This document shows, one piece after another, positions 26,041-37,134 of a DNA stretch of 64,000 nt. The stretch is from Hemiscyllium ocellatum (lineage: Eukaryota), in assembly GCF_020745735.1 (NCBI RefSeq), contig NC_083413.1, positions 97,870,409 to 97,934,408 on the forward strand, written 5' to 3'. Both the position numbers and the translations under genes were made by a program. The notes below the pieces were generated by a model. It ran no database searches, had not been told where the DNA came from, and saw nothing but the letters and a program-made list of their open reading frames with translations. The first letter of the stretch is position 1; each line of letters starts with the position of its first letter.

Positions 26041-26633
26041 GGCTCTAATTTACATGATTCATCCTGGAAATGTACGAAGCTTTCGTTTCAAAAATATCAC
26101 ATATCAATAAACTCCACCTGATCCTCTGGCGAGCGATGTGGAAATTAATGGTCTAATTAATGGTGCCAGACGATGCCTGGGGCAACATCCCTTTATTCAA
26201 CTAAAGTCAGCAATATACATTAACAATGTGAAAGGCGCAAACTGTACTTTTACCCAGAGCAGCCAGTTTCATCTGCAGTCAGACACAACTTCAAAATTCA
26301 GACCATTGCACAGAAGATAGACAAGCCCTCACAACACTGGAAATGATTTTGTTTGATAAAAGAATTCATCGTAGACTTCCTCAGAGCAACTCATGTCAAC
26401 AAACTTGTTTTTTTTGTGTGGGGTAACACACGAAATGTCACTTTAATACGATTGATGTGAACCACTTGCATTTCAGAAGTTATTTGAAAACGTCCATCAC
26501 ATTAGATACGCGAATAAATTTTACAAATCATTGATCAAAGGGGACAATCTTTTTTGGACTCAAGGAAGATCCATAGTGATATTTTGTAAATGTTTGGAGC
26601 TGGGATTGTTTTCAATTTTTGACCCAGACATTG
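26041..26633 (-). repeat. Right arm of the inverted duplication, inserted within a CR1 3' fragment
   Basis: CR1 sequence stops at AAGGTGAAT (26040) and resumes at TTTTCCCTATGGTGGGGG (~26639), ending in a tail at ~26940. Confidence 0.85.
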
Positions 26634-28114
26634 TCGTATTTTCCCTATGGTGGGGGATTTCAACAATAGGGAACATGTTTTACAATGAGAGGAGAAAAAT
26701 TTTTAAAACGATATCAGAGACAACTTTTTACACAGAGAATGGTTTGTGTCTGGGATGATCTGGTGGTGGATACTTACAACCTATAGAAGACATTTGGATA
26801 AGTAAATGAATATCAAATGTTTGGAAGGATATGGGCCAAGTACACACAGGTGGGATTAGTTTAGTTTGGGATTATGACTGGCATGGACTGGTTGGACTGA
26901 AGTGTCTGTTTCCATGCTGTATCACTCCATGACTCTATGACTAGTTATCAATTTTTCTCAACATTAAACAGTGCTGTAGTGATCCTCGAATGAACTGTTG
27001 ATGTTTAGGTTGTGTCTGAGACTCTGCGAATATTTCCTTCAATGAGAGGAGGGACTAGTTCTCCAAGTTTCACAGCTCAAAAATAAACTTTTCTCCAGTA
27101 TTGTTGCTGAGTAGATGTGTTTCTGCAGAGGCAGTGGTTATGGTCTGCAGTTTGCTTTCCACCAACTGGTCAACAGTGAGACAAAATATCTTTGATCCCC
27201 TGCAGAAACTCCACCTGCTTCCAGTAAATGAACCTGGGAACTCAAGGACCTTTTCTGCAGTCAGCTTAATTGCTGCCAACTATTGTATCTGGCCGATTAA
27301 AGGGAAAATGAATCAACTAAAGTAAAATCCTACCAAACAAACTATATTTTCCCATTTACTCACAATGGATACATTTCACTTGGCATTTCTTCTTTAAAAA
27401 GGAAAGTCACTGAATACAGCATTCACTGTATGACTATCAGAAACAGGACATTGAATGCAGTGACATTCTGGTTAGTTCAGCCTGTTTATTGAGTATCTTT
27501 AAAGCTCCTGAATATGAAGTTAATGGATCCAAAATCCCACATTGCAGTAACATTTGTTATCATCTCAAAGTAAATTACCAAACTTGAATTGGTTCAAACT
27601 CACATCACTTGGTACACCATTCACTGATTCATTTATCTCATTAAAACTGAGTGGGCCCTTTATACATGGTTAACACTGGTGTCGTGTAACAGCGAATTTC
27701 TGCTTATTTTTATGAGTTAACTGCCCCTGTCAGAGCTATCAGTGAGCAGAGAAATGTACTGTTTATAAATGTACTGTTTATAACCTACATTCGCGGTAAT
27801 GATTATTGTAATACTCTCTAATTTAACCAAACACTCCTGATGTACCCAGACAGTTACCTGCAATGGTTTAGATGTTGAGGATTTTTTAAAAAAAAACGTA
27901 TGGACTGTCCTGTTCTAGTTCATTAGATGCTCTTTCAAAAGTTTACCTAGGTGTTATGTATCACTGCCAACTCACTTTTTGTTTCTCCGGCACACAGCTT
28001 TCCTTTACTATGCATTTTAAAAAATTTGAAAAAAAAGATGCAAGGAGAGACATTCTGCAATGTAAGGAGGTGCTTCTAATCTCCGGGTCCAAACTGTTTA
28101 GTGACACACTCACA

Positions 28115-28567
28115 TTCTGAACATAATCACTTTAGTCCTGCTCCATATTAGGTTGCCTAAATGGAATTTAGAAACGCAGATTAGAAATGGGATGTTATTT
28201 TGTAAAGTGAGAGAGACGTTGAGTGACAGCAAAAATAAAGTCACTCATTTTGTTGGTTAATAATATGATTGAAGTTCTTTTTAGCTTTATCTGCTTGTGG
28301 TGGAATGTAGAATTAAAGGGAGTTAACTTCTAATTGAATATTCTGAATATAATCACTTTGGACACGCTCTGTATTCAGTTGCCTAAATTGAATTTTGAAA
28401 TGTTTAGTATGAATTACATGTTATTTTGTAGTGGGACAGAGACTGGCAGTGTCCTGGGGAAAAAAAAACTCAATTGTTTTACTAGCTAGTAATACGTTTG
28501 AACTTTGATTTTAGTTTTATCTGTTTGTGAATGAATGTAGAAATAAAGGGAGCTAACTTCCGAATGG
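28115..28567 (+). repeat. Diverged 226-bp tandem duplication upstream of the VH promoter
   Basis: TTCTGAACATAATCACTTT at 28115 and TTCTGAATATAATCACTTT at 28341; both units end in GAATGTAGAA.TAAAGGGAG.TAACTTC. Confidence 0.8.
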
Positions 28568-28836
28568 ATTTATTTTAAAACAAAATACTTGCAACTATCA
28601 TGTGAAATAGACCTGAAGGTACTCAATTTTACTTCCACCATTAAAAAAAACACTCCCAAAGAAGCTATTCAGCAAAATAAATATCCCAAGATGTGTATAT
28701 ATCCATGTTTAAGCGTAACCTGGTAAATACATGAGCCCATGTGTTGGGGCTGTGCAAGCTGAGACCAGGATCCAGTCTCAGCCTCCAGCAGGAAACCAAC
28801 AGGCGGAAGCTGTGAGCCTGCCCTTTCCGATGGCCA

Positions 28837-28842
28837 TATAAA
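28837..28842 (+). promoter_or_regulatory. VH promoter TATA box
   Basis: TATAAA 93 bp upstream of the leader ATG. Confidence 0.7.
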
Positions 28843-28929
28843 TCCTAGGCACTGGACCGTAATTCAACACTCCGGGATCGGCTTTGTTTAGAAAGATCTT
28901 GACAGAACCGCTTCCCAGAAGTTATCAGA

Positions 28930-28978
28930 ATGATTGTGTCGACAATTTTTCTCAGTTTATTACTGACTTTCTTATCAT
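28930..28978 (+). CDS. IGHV: IgM VH leader exon
   Basis: MIVSTIFLSLLLTFLS, then T|gtgagt donor; 106-bp intron with phase-1 splice giving C-V-Q-S. Confidence 0.92.
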
Positions 28979-29084
28979 GTGAGTGTTTTTTTTGTTTAAG
29001 TCTGTCTTTGTTGCTGTCTCAATGTTAGTCTACCTCAGGAATGTAAAAGTAATGCTCATGGTTTATTTCTTGTCTTTTTTAAAG

Positions 29085-29389
29085 GTGTCCAGTCGGAGAT
29101 TGTTTTGACCCAGCCAGAGGCAGAGACTGGCCATCCCGGAAGCAGCCTGACACTGACCTGTAAAACCAGCGGGTTCGATCTCAGCAGCTACTACATGAGC
29201 TGGGTCCGCCAGGTTCCCGGCCAGGGTCTGGAGTGGCTGGTTAGCTACTATACTCCATCCAGCAATAACTATGCACCAGCGATTCAGGGTCGATTTACTG
29301 CGTCCAAAGACAATTCAAACAACATTTTCTCGTTGAAAATGACTAACCTGAAGATCGAAGACACCGCCATCTATTACTGTGCAAGATAC
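29085..29389 (+). CDS. IGHV: IgM heavy-chain V segment exon (germline, open)
   Basis: [52 protein letters not shown]...DTAIYYCAR, with both Cys and the Trp conserved; resembles shark IgM VH. Confidence 0.97.
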
Positions 29390-29428
29390 CACAGCGAGAG
29401 GAACCAGGGCTGAACCCGTTCAAAAACA
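29390..29428 (+). promoter_or_regulatory. VH 23-RSS
   Basis: CACAGCG - 23 bp - TCAAAAACA. Confidence 0.9.
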
Positions 29429-29776
29429 GCTCGAGGGAACATTTTGTCAATTCCATCATAAACTGATGGTCAGTTTGAGTTTTAAATGCAATTATACCAA
29501 CTGCGATCTGAAGCAGACCTCAGGCTGCCTCTTACAAAGCTATCAAAGAGGAAATGTACCATTTAAACTAGCAAACTGGTGACACAATGGGACAATGTTT
29601 TAGGCATGTCATATGTACTGCTAACACTTCCATCAATTAAATGCTGGGACAAAATATATCTGACAGCTCAGGAAATCACTGCTAATTGTTATGTCAACTA
29701 TGGCATTCATTCTAAACATGATCAGTACTAAATGGCTCTTTCAAATGAAAATTGAGACCTAGAGTAAAGAACAGAG

Positions 29777-29856
29777 AATGAGTGTACTGGTCTACATCAT
29801 TGTGATACTACAGTGGGTCACAGTGTTGTGCACAGCGACATCCTCATACAATAACC
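29777..29856 (+). other. IGHD: D1 segment (29805-29818, ATACTACAGTGGGT) with 5' 12-RSS and 3' 22/23-class RSS
   Basis: AATGAGTGT-12-CATTGTG | D1 | CACAGTG-22-ACAATAACC. Confidence 0.9.
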
Positions 29857-30159
29857 ACTGACAAGGATTTATCTCAAATTGGTGATTTCTACCGTGGCAG
29901 GAGCGTGAAATAATGTGAGATGCAATTTAAACACAATCCAGTCGGGCTAGTTTGTACAAATGTAGAATTATTTTCTACCTTCTTCGTGTTGATTGTCAAG
30001 TTAAATGCAGACCAAACCTGGAAAAGTATTCCAAGCTTTCAAAATACAATGAATAGTAAAAGCTGAAATAATGCACCAAATCATTTTTCGAGGAGTCTGA
30101 ATCACTGCTTTCTAGGAAGTGAAGAAATTATTTGCATTTTACAGTTTACAGTCTGTCAT

Positions 30160-30230
30160 AGTATTTGACACAACGTGTCTCACAGTGATATAGCTGGGGT
30201 GACACTGCAATTATGATCAGTACAAAAACC
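30160..30230 (+). other. IGHD: D2 segment (30188-30202, ATATAGCTGGGGTGA) with 12-RSS on both sides
   Basis: AGTATTTGA-12-CACAGTG | D2 | CACTGCA-12-ACAAAAACC. Frame 1 contains TAG and TGA; frames 2 (YSWG) and 3 (IAGV) are open. Confidence 0.88.
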
Positions 30231-30557
30231 TATTCAGCCTCCATTGTTTGAAACTAGTCAGTGATTACTTCTACAAACCGTCTTAACTTGCAGTGCAGTA
30301 TTAGTTCTGTGGGGTTTTATGCCAGTATCACTATTTAATTTGTAAAAGTGTTGGGTAATTATTGATACACCAGTTGGGGATTTTGAGAATCAGCTGATGT
30401 GTTACTCTGTGAAGTATAAAACAGTATTAAAATTTATCAAGAATGATCAAAATTCACTCGCGCAATTATGTGATGAAGATTTATCGTGACTTTATTTTGC
30501 CTGTGGTTCTGAAAATTTAAAATGATGGTAGATTTTTGATTTGTTTTATGCAGAGCT

Positions 30558-30644
30558 AGTTATTGTGTGATCCAGTCCAGAGAATGTAACACTGTGATGC
30601 TTTTGATTACTGGGGCCAAGGGACCATGGTGACAGTGACTTCAG
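30558..30644 (+). CDS. IGHJ: JH segment (30597-30644) with 5' 23-RSS
   Basis: AGTTATTGT-23-CACTGTG, then AFDYWGQGTMVTVTS and G|gtaaga donor. Confidence 0.96.
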
Positions 30645-31153
30645 GTAAGAACTTTGAACATTCTTAGTGACTTTTTAAAAACTTTCTATTCATGTGACTA
30701 ATTTCTGAATTAAATGAAACTCAGATTCTGTGCTGAGTTTGGTTTGGTTCGGATTGATTTTTGTTCAGACTGATTATAGACTTCAGTTAAGGCTCAGCAA
30801 ATAGTTAAAATGGTGATGATGGAGTCATTTGCTCAGTGTATCTCTTTTTTGATCAGATGGACATTCTATGTGGCTGGGTTACTTGAAACACCTAATGTCT
30901 CTTAATCAGTCAGCTATAAATAATGTTTAATGTCAGTGACACCCTGACTGTGAGTTTTATTATCAACAACAAATGCTACGAATTCAAAGATGTTCAAGAT
31001 ATTACCAAACATGACTAAAATATGCTAAAATATCATTATTCATTTCTTGAATATATGTTCTTACCATGATTATATTTTCTCATTTATTTTGTTAATTTTG
31101 TTGATGACAAGCAGGTTAGAAACTGTCATCAAAGTTTCTTGCGGTGCTATATT

Positions 31154-31456
31154 GCATTCTGTTGATTAGATTCGGAGTTTGTTTTACTTGATTCTGTTGA
31201 ATTGAGTTGATTGGATTTTGGCTTTGTTTTAGTTGATTCGGGTTGAACTGTGTTGATTGGATTCTGACTTTGTTTTTACTTGGTTTTGTTGAATTGTGTT
31301 GATTGACTTTTGAAATTGTTTTATTTGATTCTGTTGAATTGAATTGGTTGGATTCTGATTATGTTTCATTCAAATCTGTTGTTTTGAGTTGATTGGATTC
31401 TGATTTTATTTTCCTTGATTCTGTTGAATTGAGTTGATTGGATTCTTATTCAGTTT
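31154..31456 (+). repeat. 45-bp T/G-rich tandem repeat (~6.5 copies) in the J-C intron
   Basis: Unit ~GATTCTGTTGAATTGAGTTGATTGGATTCTGATTTTGTTTTATTT starting at 31190, 31235, 31282, 31327, 31372 and 31417. Confidence 0.9.
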
Positions 31457-33057
31457 GTGAAATTGATCTGCGTTTTCATGCTTTCTGAATCGATGTTTTC
31501 TTTCTGGTGAGGAGATTGACTCTCTGGAATACTTTTCATTACCAATATTTGTGAAGTTCTTTTGTTTTTCATGAATCATTTCTGCATTTGTTAAACTTAT
31601 ATGACACATTTTTCTCTGCTTGATTGAAAACATGACATCCATTTGTAACGGTCTGAAAAACAACTTAAGGCAGAAACCCAGATGTGTGAGAAATGAAAAA
31701 AAACGAGTTTTTAATGGATTGACTTTAAAAAAAAACTCAGTTCTAATTGTAAACGAACTGAATTTTGTTTTAAGTAGCCTCATTCAAAATAAAATTTGGG
31801 ACCTAAATCTGAAACTGCAGAATTGATCAGATTACGTAATTGAAACTAACTTAAAATTATAATGTGGTAATATTTGTCCATTCAGTAATTTTGTTTTGAC
31901 CATGAGGTGATTAATCAATATATGCCTTCAACCCCACTCTACTGTGCACTGCACAAGATTGTCATGATCAGGAAGGGTGTGCAGGTTAGAAATAAATTGA
32001 ACTATTGCCAGAAACGTTACAGCTTTAAGTGTTAAGTCCCCTCACAAACAAGGTTGCTATTATGACCTGTTATTTCTATTCAATTTAATCATTAGTTTGC
32101 TTGATTCTGAGCAGCTTTGTTAGACTTCAATTTGGTTTTATTTGTGAGGTGACATCATGTTCTTGGTTCTGTTGAAAATGTTTGCAGAGCTAGTTCTGCT
32201 GCAAACATACCGTGTTGTGATCTGGTGATCGTTGATCTGTTGAGGAGGGACTGTGCTTGGGTAACATTAAATGTGTTATATTTGGGAAACCGTTTCTGGT
32301 TTCTACATTGTTTTTGCAATGTTAACACGGTTGGTGACAGTGAACTGCTCTTTCCTCATTCAATGCAATCAGCATGCGAGTTACAATTTCATAAAGTCTA
32401 TTATAAAGTGAAAGGCAAATCGCACAGGTTTTAGAAATGAAGGGAAAACAGATACCTTCAGGTGCTATTTTTACTTAAAATAAATAATTAAGGATTAATC
32501 TAATCCATGCTTTACAATCCAAATTCGAAACTCAACTATCTAGTTCAATCACAAGGTCTGTCTTTAAGCAGTTTACAAGTCATAGAGAAATATAAATAGA
32601 ATTTCAAAAGTCTAATGTTCTAATTGTTCTTGCTCTTGAGCAAAAATGCCATGACTGTGCTATAATTGATCAAGAAACACCTTTCAATTCCCCTGTACAC
32701 TACATACATATTTTTCTGGCTGGAAAAGATCATTGGCAAAGACCATTTGGAAATTCTGCTCAATTCTATGAAGAACAGATCAGTTTCACTGCTTTGATCA
32801 GTTTCACATATAACTTGAGTTAATTAATTGTTATGTCCCTGATTAAACTGGATTTGCAGGATAAAAATAAAACATTAACTGAATTATTTAACCTGCACAG
32901 TACTTTAGGTGTTCCCAATCTGTGCATGTTAAATAAATAGTTACATTTTACAACAAAATATCAACTGAAGAGTCATTCTTCAGGAAACAACTGCTATAGT
33001 GAATTATGTGACCAACCAAATTTCGAATTAATTAAAGTAATCCACTCATGAACTCCA

Positions 33058-33400
33058 GGGCAGCATGGTGGCTCAGTGATTGGCATTGCTGCCTCACAGC
33101 GCCAGGGTCCCAAATTTGATTCCACCCTCGGGTGACTGCCTGTGTGGAGTTTGCACATTCTCCCTGTGTCTGTGTGGGTTTCCTTCGAGTGCTGTGGTTT
33201 CCTACCACAGTCCAAAAGATGTGCAGGTCAGGTGATTGTGCAGTTTAGCACAGCCATAGTGTTCAGGGATGTCTAGGTTAGGGTGCATTAGTCAGGGGTA
33301 AATATAAATTAGGGGGAATGGGTCTGGGTGGGCTACTTACTGTTCAGAGGGTCAGTGTGGAATTGTTGGGCCAAATGGCCTGTTTCCATACTGTAGGAAC
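33058..33400 (+). mobile_element. HE1-type (V-SINE) tRNA-derived SINE
   Basis: GGGCAGCATGGTGGCTCAGTG...GCCTCACAGCGCCAGGG...GTGTGGAGTTTGCACATTCTCC, with a CR1-like tail. Confidence 0.88.
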
Positions 33401-33642
33401 TCTCCTCTTAAAACCATGGGAGTACTTGCTGCAAACGCAGAAAATTCATTTTACATCGATGTGTTCAGGCGTATGCAGAGTTCACAAATTTGCAGAAGAC
33501 ATGAACTAGAGGATAACAGAGCACATTGTTTATTCAAACACTGAAAATAGAGTAATATTTATTTTAATTAATATACTTGATCGATTTATTGCAATGTAGC
33601 GATCTGAAGGAATCTGCTCACATTAGTTCAGTGTGACAATCA

Positions 33643-33930
33643 TTTAGATTAGATTTCCTGCAGTATGTATCAGGCCATTTGGCCCAACAAGTCCACACTG
33701 ACCCTCTGAAGAGGAACCCATCCAGACCCATTCCCCTACCCTATATTTACCCCTGACTGATGCACCTAACACTATAGACAATATAGCATGACCAGTTCAC
33801 CTGACTTGCACATCTTTGGATTTTGGGAGGAAATCCACACAGACACAGGGGAGATTGTGTAAACTCCACATAGGCCGTCACCTGAGGCTGGAACCGAGCC
33901 TGGGTACCTGGATCTGTGAGGCAGCAGTGC
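33643..33930 (-). mobile_element. HE1-type SINE
   Basis: Reverse complement of the same consensus as the 33058 copy. Confidence 0.85.
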
Positions 33931-36648
33931 CCACATTTACTTAGACATCCGTTAAAGTGGGCAACTCCAGACAGAAGCATGTTTTCAATTCATACCTTTT
34001 TCAACATTTTAGTTCATTACAAGCAGTTAACAAGAAAATAACCTTGCCCTAATTCCTTCAACAGAAATGCTTTCCACACTGGAATGCAGTATTGTTTATG
34101 CAGTGCATGCAAAATCTCCACAATTCGAGGAACGTTTTAAGAATATGTAAAAATAATTTCGAGAATAATCCATTTCCTCCAGATCTGTGCTTTAATTGGC
34201 GATATTTCCCACCTCAATAATTTTGTTAAATACAATGACTTATTAAGTTTATGAACTCAGTGGTTATTTATGTTCATTGTGAACACATTCTCGTTCACAT
34301 TAATCCACTGGTTAGTTCCTCTGATGAATATTCAATTACAGTGAATATATTTGACGTGAGGAGTTGAGCAATGTATCCTCTGGGATTAAGTCTGTTGTAC
34401 AGTTTGTTTCAGTGCTATCTCTGACTAACTTGTCCACGGTCCTGACCATTTATAAATTGTCCAGTTCGGATACCTGAATCTCAGACAGTTCAATTTTATC
34501 TCGCGCTTCAAAACCACTTTTATCTGCCAGAAATACAATATTTGATTAGGTGCCTCAGAATTGAGAGCCCTGACTAAGTTGTTCCAATCAGAACGAACGT
34601 TTCAGGAACAAAAGGCAGATAGCAAGAGTTTTGAAATTGGTTGTTGACAACAAGAGATATTTGATTGAGCGAGGCAGAGGGAAATATGCTGCAGATTTTC
34701 TTTGTGCCTCAGTTATGCAGGAGATGTTTCGTGGCACAATGTAAAATCAGAATTTTTTTTTGCATCTTATTATTTGAAAACTTATTATCAGCTTTTAATG
34801 TTACTGGCAATGGTCTTATTACACTTCAAAACATTTTAATCTTTTTCAAACTAAGTAGACCGTCTGGTGCAGCAACATTCACAGGGGAAAGAGGAAGGGA
34901 GTTCGAGGTTGGAATCTAGTGACAGTGAATTGATGGCAATGCAATTCCTAGTTTTATTGCTCTATAGTTCCCATCGAGTTTGAACAATTTGGAGCAGCTG
35001 TCAAAGTATTCTTGGATAAATGTTGAAATGTTACTTTCATTGTACAAACATTCTGGAACAATCCCTGGTTGTTGGAAGGTGTTAATAACTAACATGGTTT
35101 ATAAACTGTCAAAACAGGTGAGCTGTGTTCTCCGTGATAGTGTCGAGCTCATTGTGTTCAGGTCTGTTGTGATGTTGTGGTAGGGTCCCTGATTCTGTGC
35201 CAGGTGGCCTGTGTTCACTTACAACCTGTTAGAGAGGTATGTAACACCATCTCTTATCAGGTTACTTCAGTACAAGAAAGCAGATTGAAATGTTTGGGTG
35301 TTTGTTGGAATTCCACTCACAGAGGCCAGTGAAATCTATTCAATCGCTGTCCTGACTTGTGTCTCTTAGACATTAAACAGAATTTTGGTGGTTAGCAGCT
35401 TTTTCCAGATCAATATTTGTTCACAAGCTTTTGGGCATCGCTAGATGGGGTTAATGGAGTAAGTGCTCAAAGAAATCCCAGCTTTTGACTTGCTGTTCTA
35501 ACAATATCATTTATAACTAATCCCGAATGAATCATTTTCAAAGTATATTTGATGAGATTTTGCTTAGGCTGTTTTACTTTATATTAAACCAGTGCTGTAG
35601 CTGAATTTGATAGTTCAGTACTGTGAGGGTTCCGTTGAATCCAACACTTGCAGCAGATGGTGATAGCTTTTCAGTTGGTCTTCCATTGCTATCTCAGACC
35701 ATCCAGTACCTCTGCTAAGAATCCTTTTTCCAACAGGAGTCAAGCCAACGGAATCACTGTTTATCTCAACGGGTGTGAGCTCTTGTGCCAAAAACATGAA
35801 AACAATTTGGTGAAGAGGGGGTCTCTGGATGGGAAAGGTTCACCTTGCCTTCTCTCCACAGGAGCTGCTAGACCTGCTGAGTTTCTTCAGACGTTTCTGT
35901 CTTTATTTTGGTTTTCTAGCATTTAAAGTTTGTTGTTTCATTGAAAAACGTTCTGTTCGATTAAACACGTTCTTCAGAGAAAAGATGCATTTGAACAAAT
36001 TGCAAATGTTCAGAGATATTATTGAATTTGAGTGCCCTGATCTCGAGCTGTAGTTTCACAAGAAACTATTATGAAGTAACAACACACTGCAGAGTGCAGT
36101 GGCTGCTGTAATTGGGTGGAAGTTATTTTGATCACTCAAATAGAGAATGTCAGTGATCCCGTTCCAAATAATCAACAAGTTTTTTTTAAAGCATGTGTGA
36201 AACAATTAATTTATCGAAATATTTTAATAAAACGTATTCACGGCCAGTGCTAGCTTAATGAATGACACAATGATAGGAAGGTAGGAACAAGAGGAGGGCA
36301 CTCAGCCCCTCTAGTTGTTCCCCCACTTACTTAGATCATGGTGCATCTGTGAGCTCAATCCACAGGTCTCCCTTTGGCTAAAGCTCTTTAACACCTTTGT
36401 TTAACAAGCAAAAGCTATCCCAGATTTACTGATTTGACTGCCCATAACAAAGGGAGACACCATTTCTGAAAGACATTCCTGTGAGTACTGTGACACAATG
36501 AGGCTGGGATTAATTGCTCATGAAAGTAAACTTTAAATATCTGACAATTTCCAATTGAAACATCCCAATCATCATATTTCATTAATTTAACACTATACTT
36601 CCCTGGAATCAAGAAATATAATGTGTGATTGCCTTGCTAAAAATGAGG

Positions 36649-36831
36649 AGAAAGTGAGGACTGCAGATGCTGGAGATCAGAGCTGAAAATGTGTTGCTGG
36701 AAAAGCACAGCAGGTCAGGCAGCATCCAAGGAGCAGGAGAATCGACGTTTCGGGCATGAGCCCTTCTTCAGGAAGGGCTCCTTGGATGCTGCCTGACCTG
36801 CTGCGCTTTTCCAGCAATACATTTTCAGCAG
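36649..36831. mobile_element. Palindromic hammerhead cassette with 12-15-bp TSD in the J-C intron
   Basis: Flanked by TTGCTAAAAATGAGG at 36634-36648 and 36832-36846; the last AGG may belong to the element end. Confidence 0.85.
36737..36772 (-). ncRNA. Minimal hammerhead ribozyme, all core nucleotides intact
   Basis: Minus strand C-CTGAAGA-A-GGGC(TCAT)GCCC-GAAAC-GTC-GATTCTC, with a GUC cleavage triplet. Confidence 0.8.
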
Positions 36832-36930
36832 TTGCTAAAAATGAGGGAAGCTTCATTCCTATTATATGATTAAGAAATAGCTCTGTTCATTCAGTGAAAA
36901 CACAGTCAAATCACTCAAAAGGAAACCATG

Positions 36931-37134
36931 ATTTGGAGATGCTGGTGTTGGACTGGGGTGTACAAAGTTAAAAATCACACAACCCCAGGTTATAGTCCAA
37001 CAGGTTTAATTGGAAGCACACTAGCTTTTGGAGTGACGCTCCTTTATCAGGTGATAGTGGAGCGTCACTCCGAAAGCTAGTTTTCTTCCAATTAAACCTG
37101 TTGGACTATAACTTGGTGTTGTGTGATTTTTAAA
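36931..37134. mobile_element. Second-family palindromic hammerhead-type cassette with ~14-bp TSD
   Basis: Arms from 36968 to 37133 (TTAAAAATCACACAAC...GGAGTGACGCTCC / GGAGCGTCACTCCGAAAGCTAG...GTGTGATTTTTAA); flanks AAAAGGAAACCATG (36917) and AAAAGGAAATCATG (37135). Confidence 0.8.

Noticed and set aside
29831-29856. Extra CACAGCG heptamer inside the D1 3' spacer
   Set aside because: Only 10 bp from the nonamer, too short for a 12-RSS.
35100-35220. Two CAGGTG E-boxes in the J-C intron as an intronic enhancer
   Set aside because: Hexamers are expected by chance; no supporting motif cluster or octamer.
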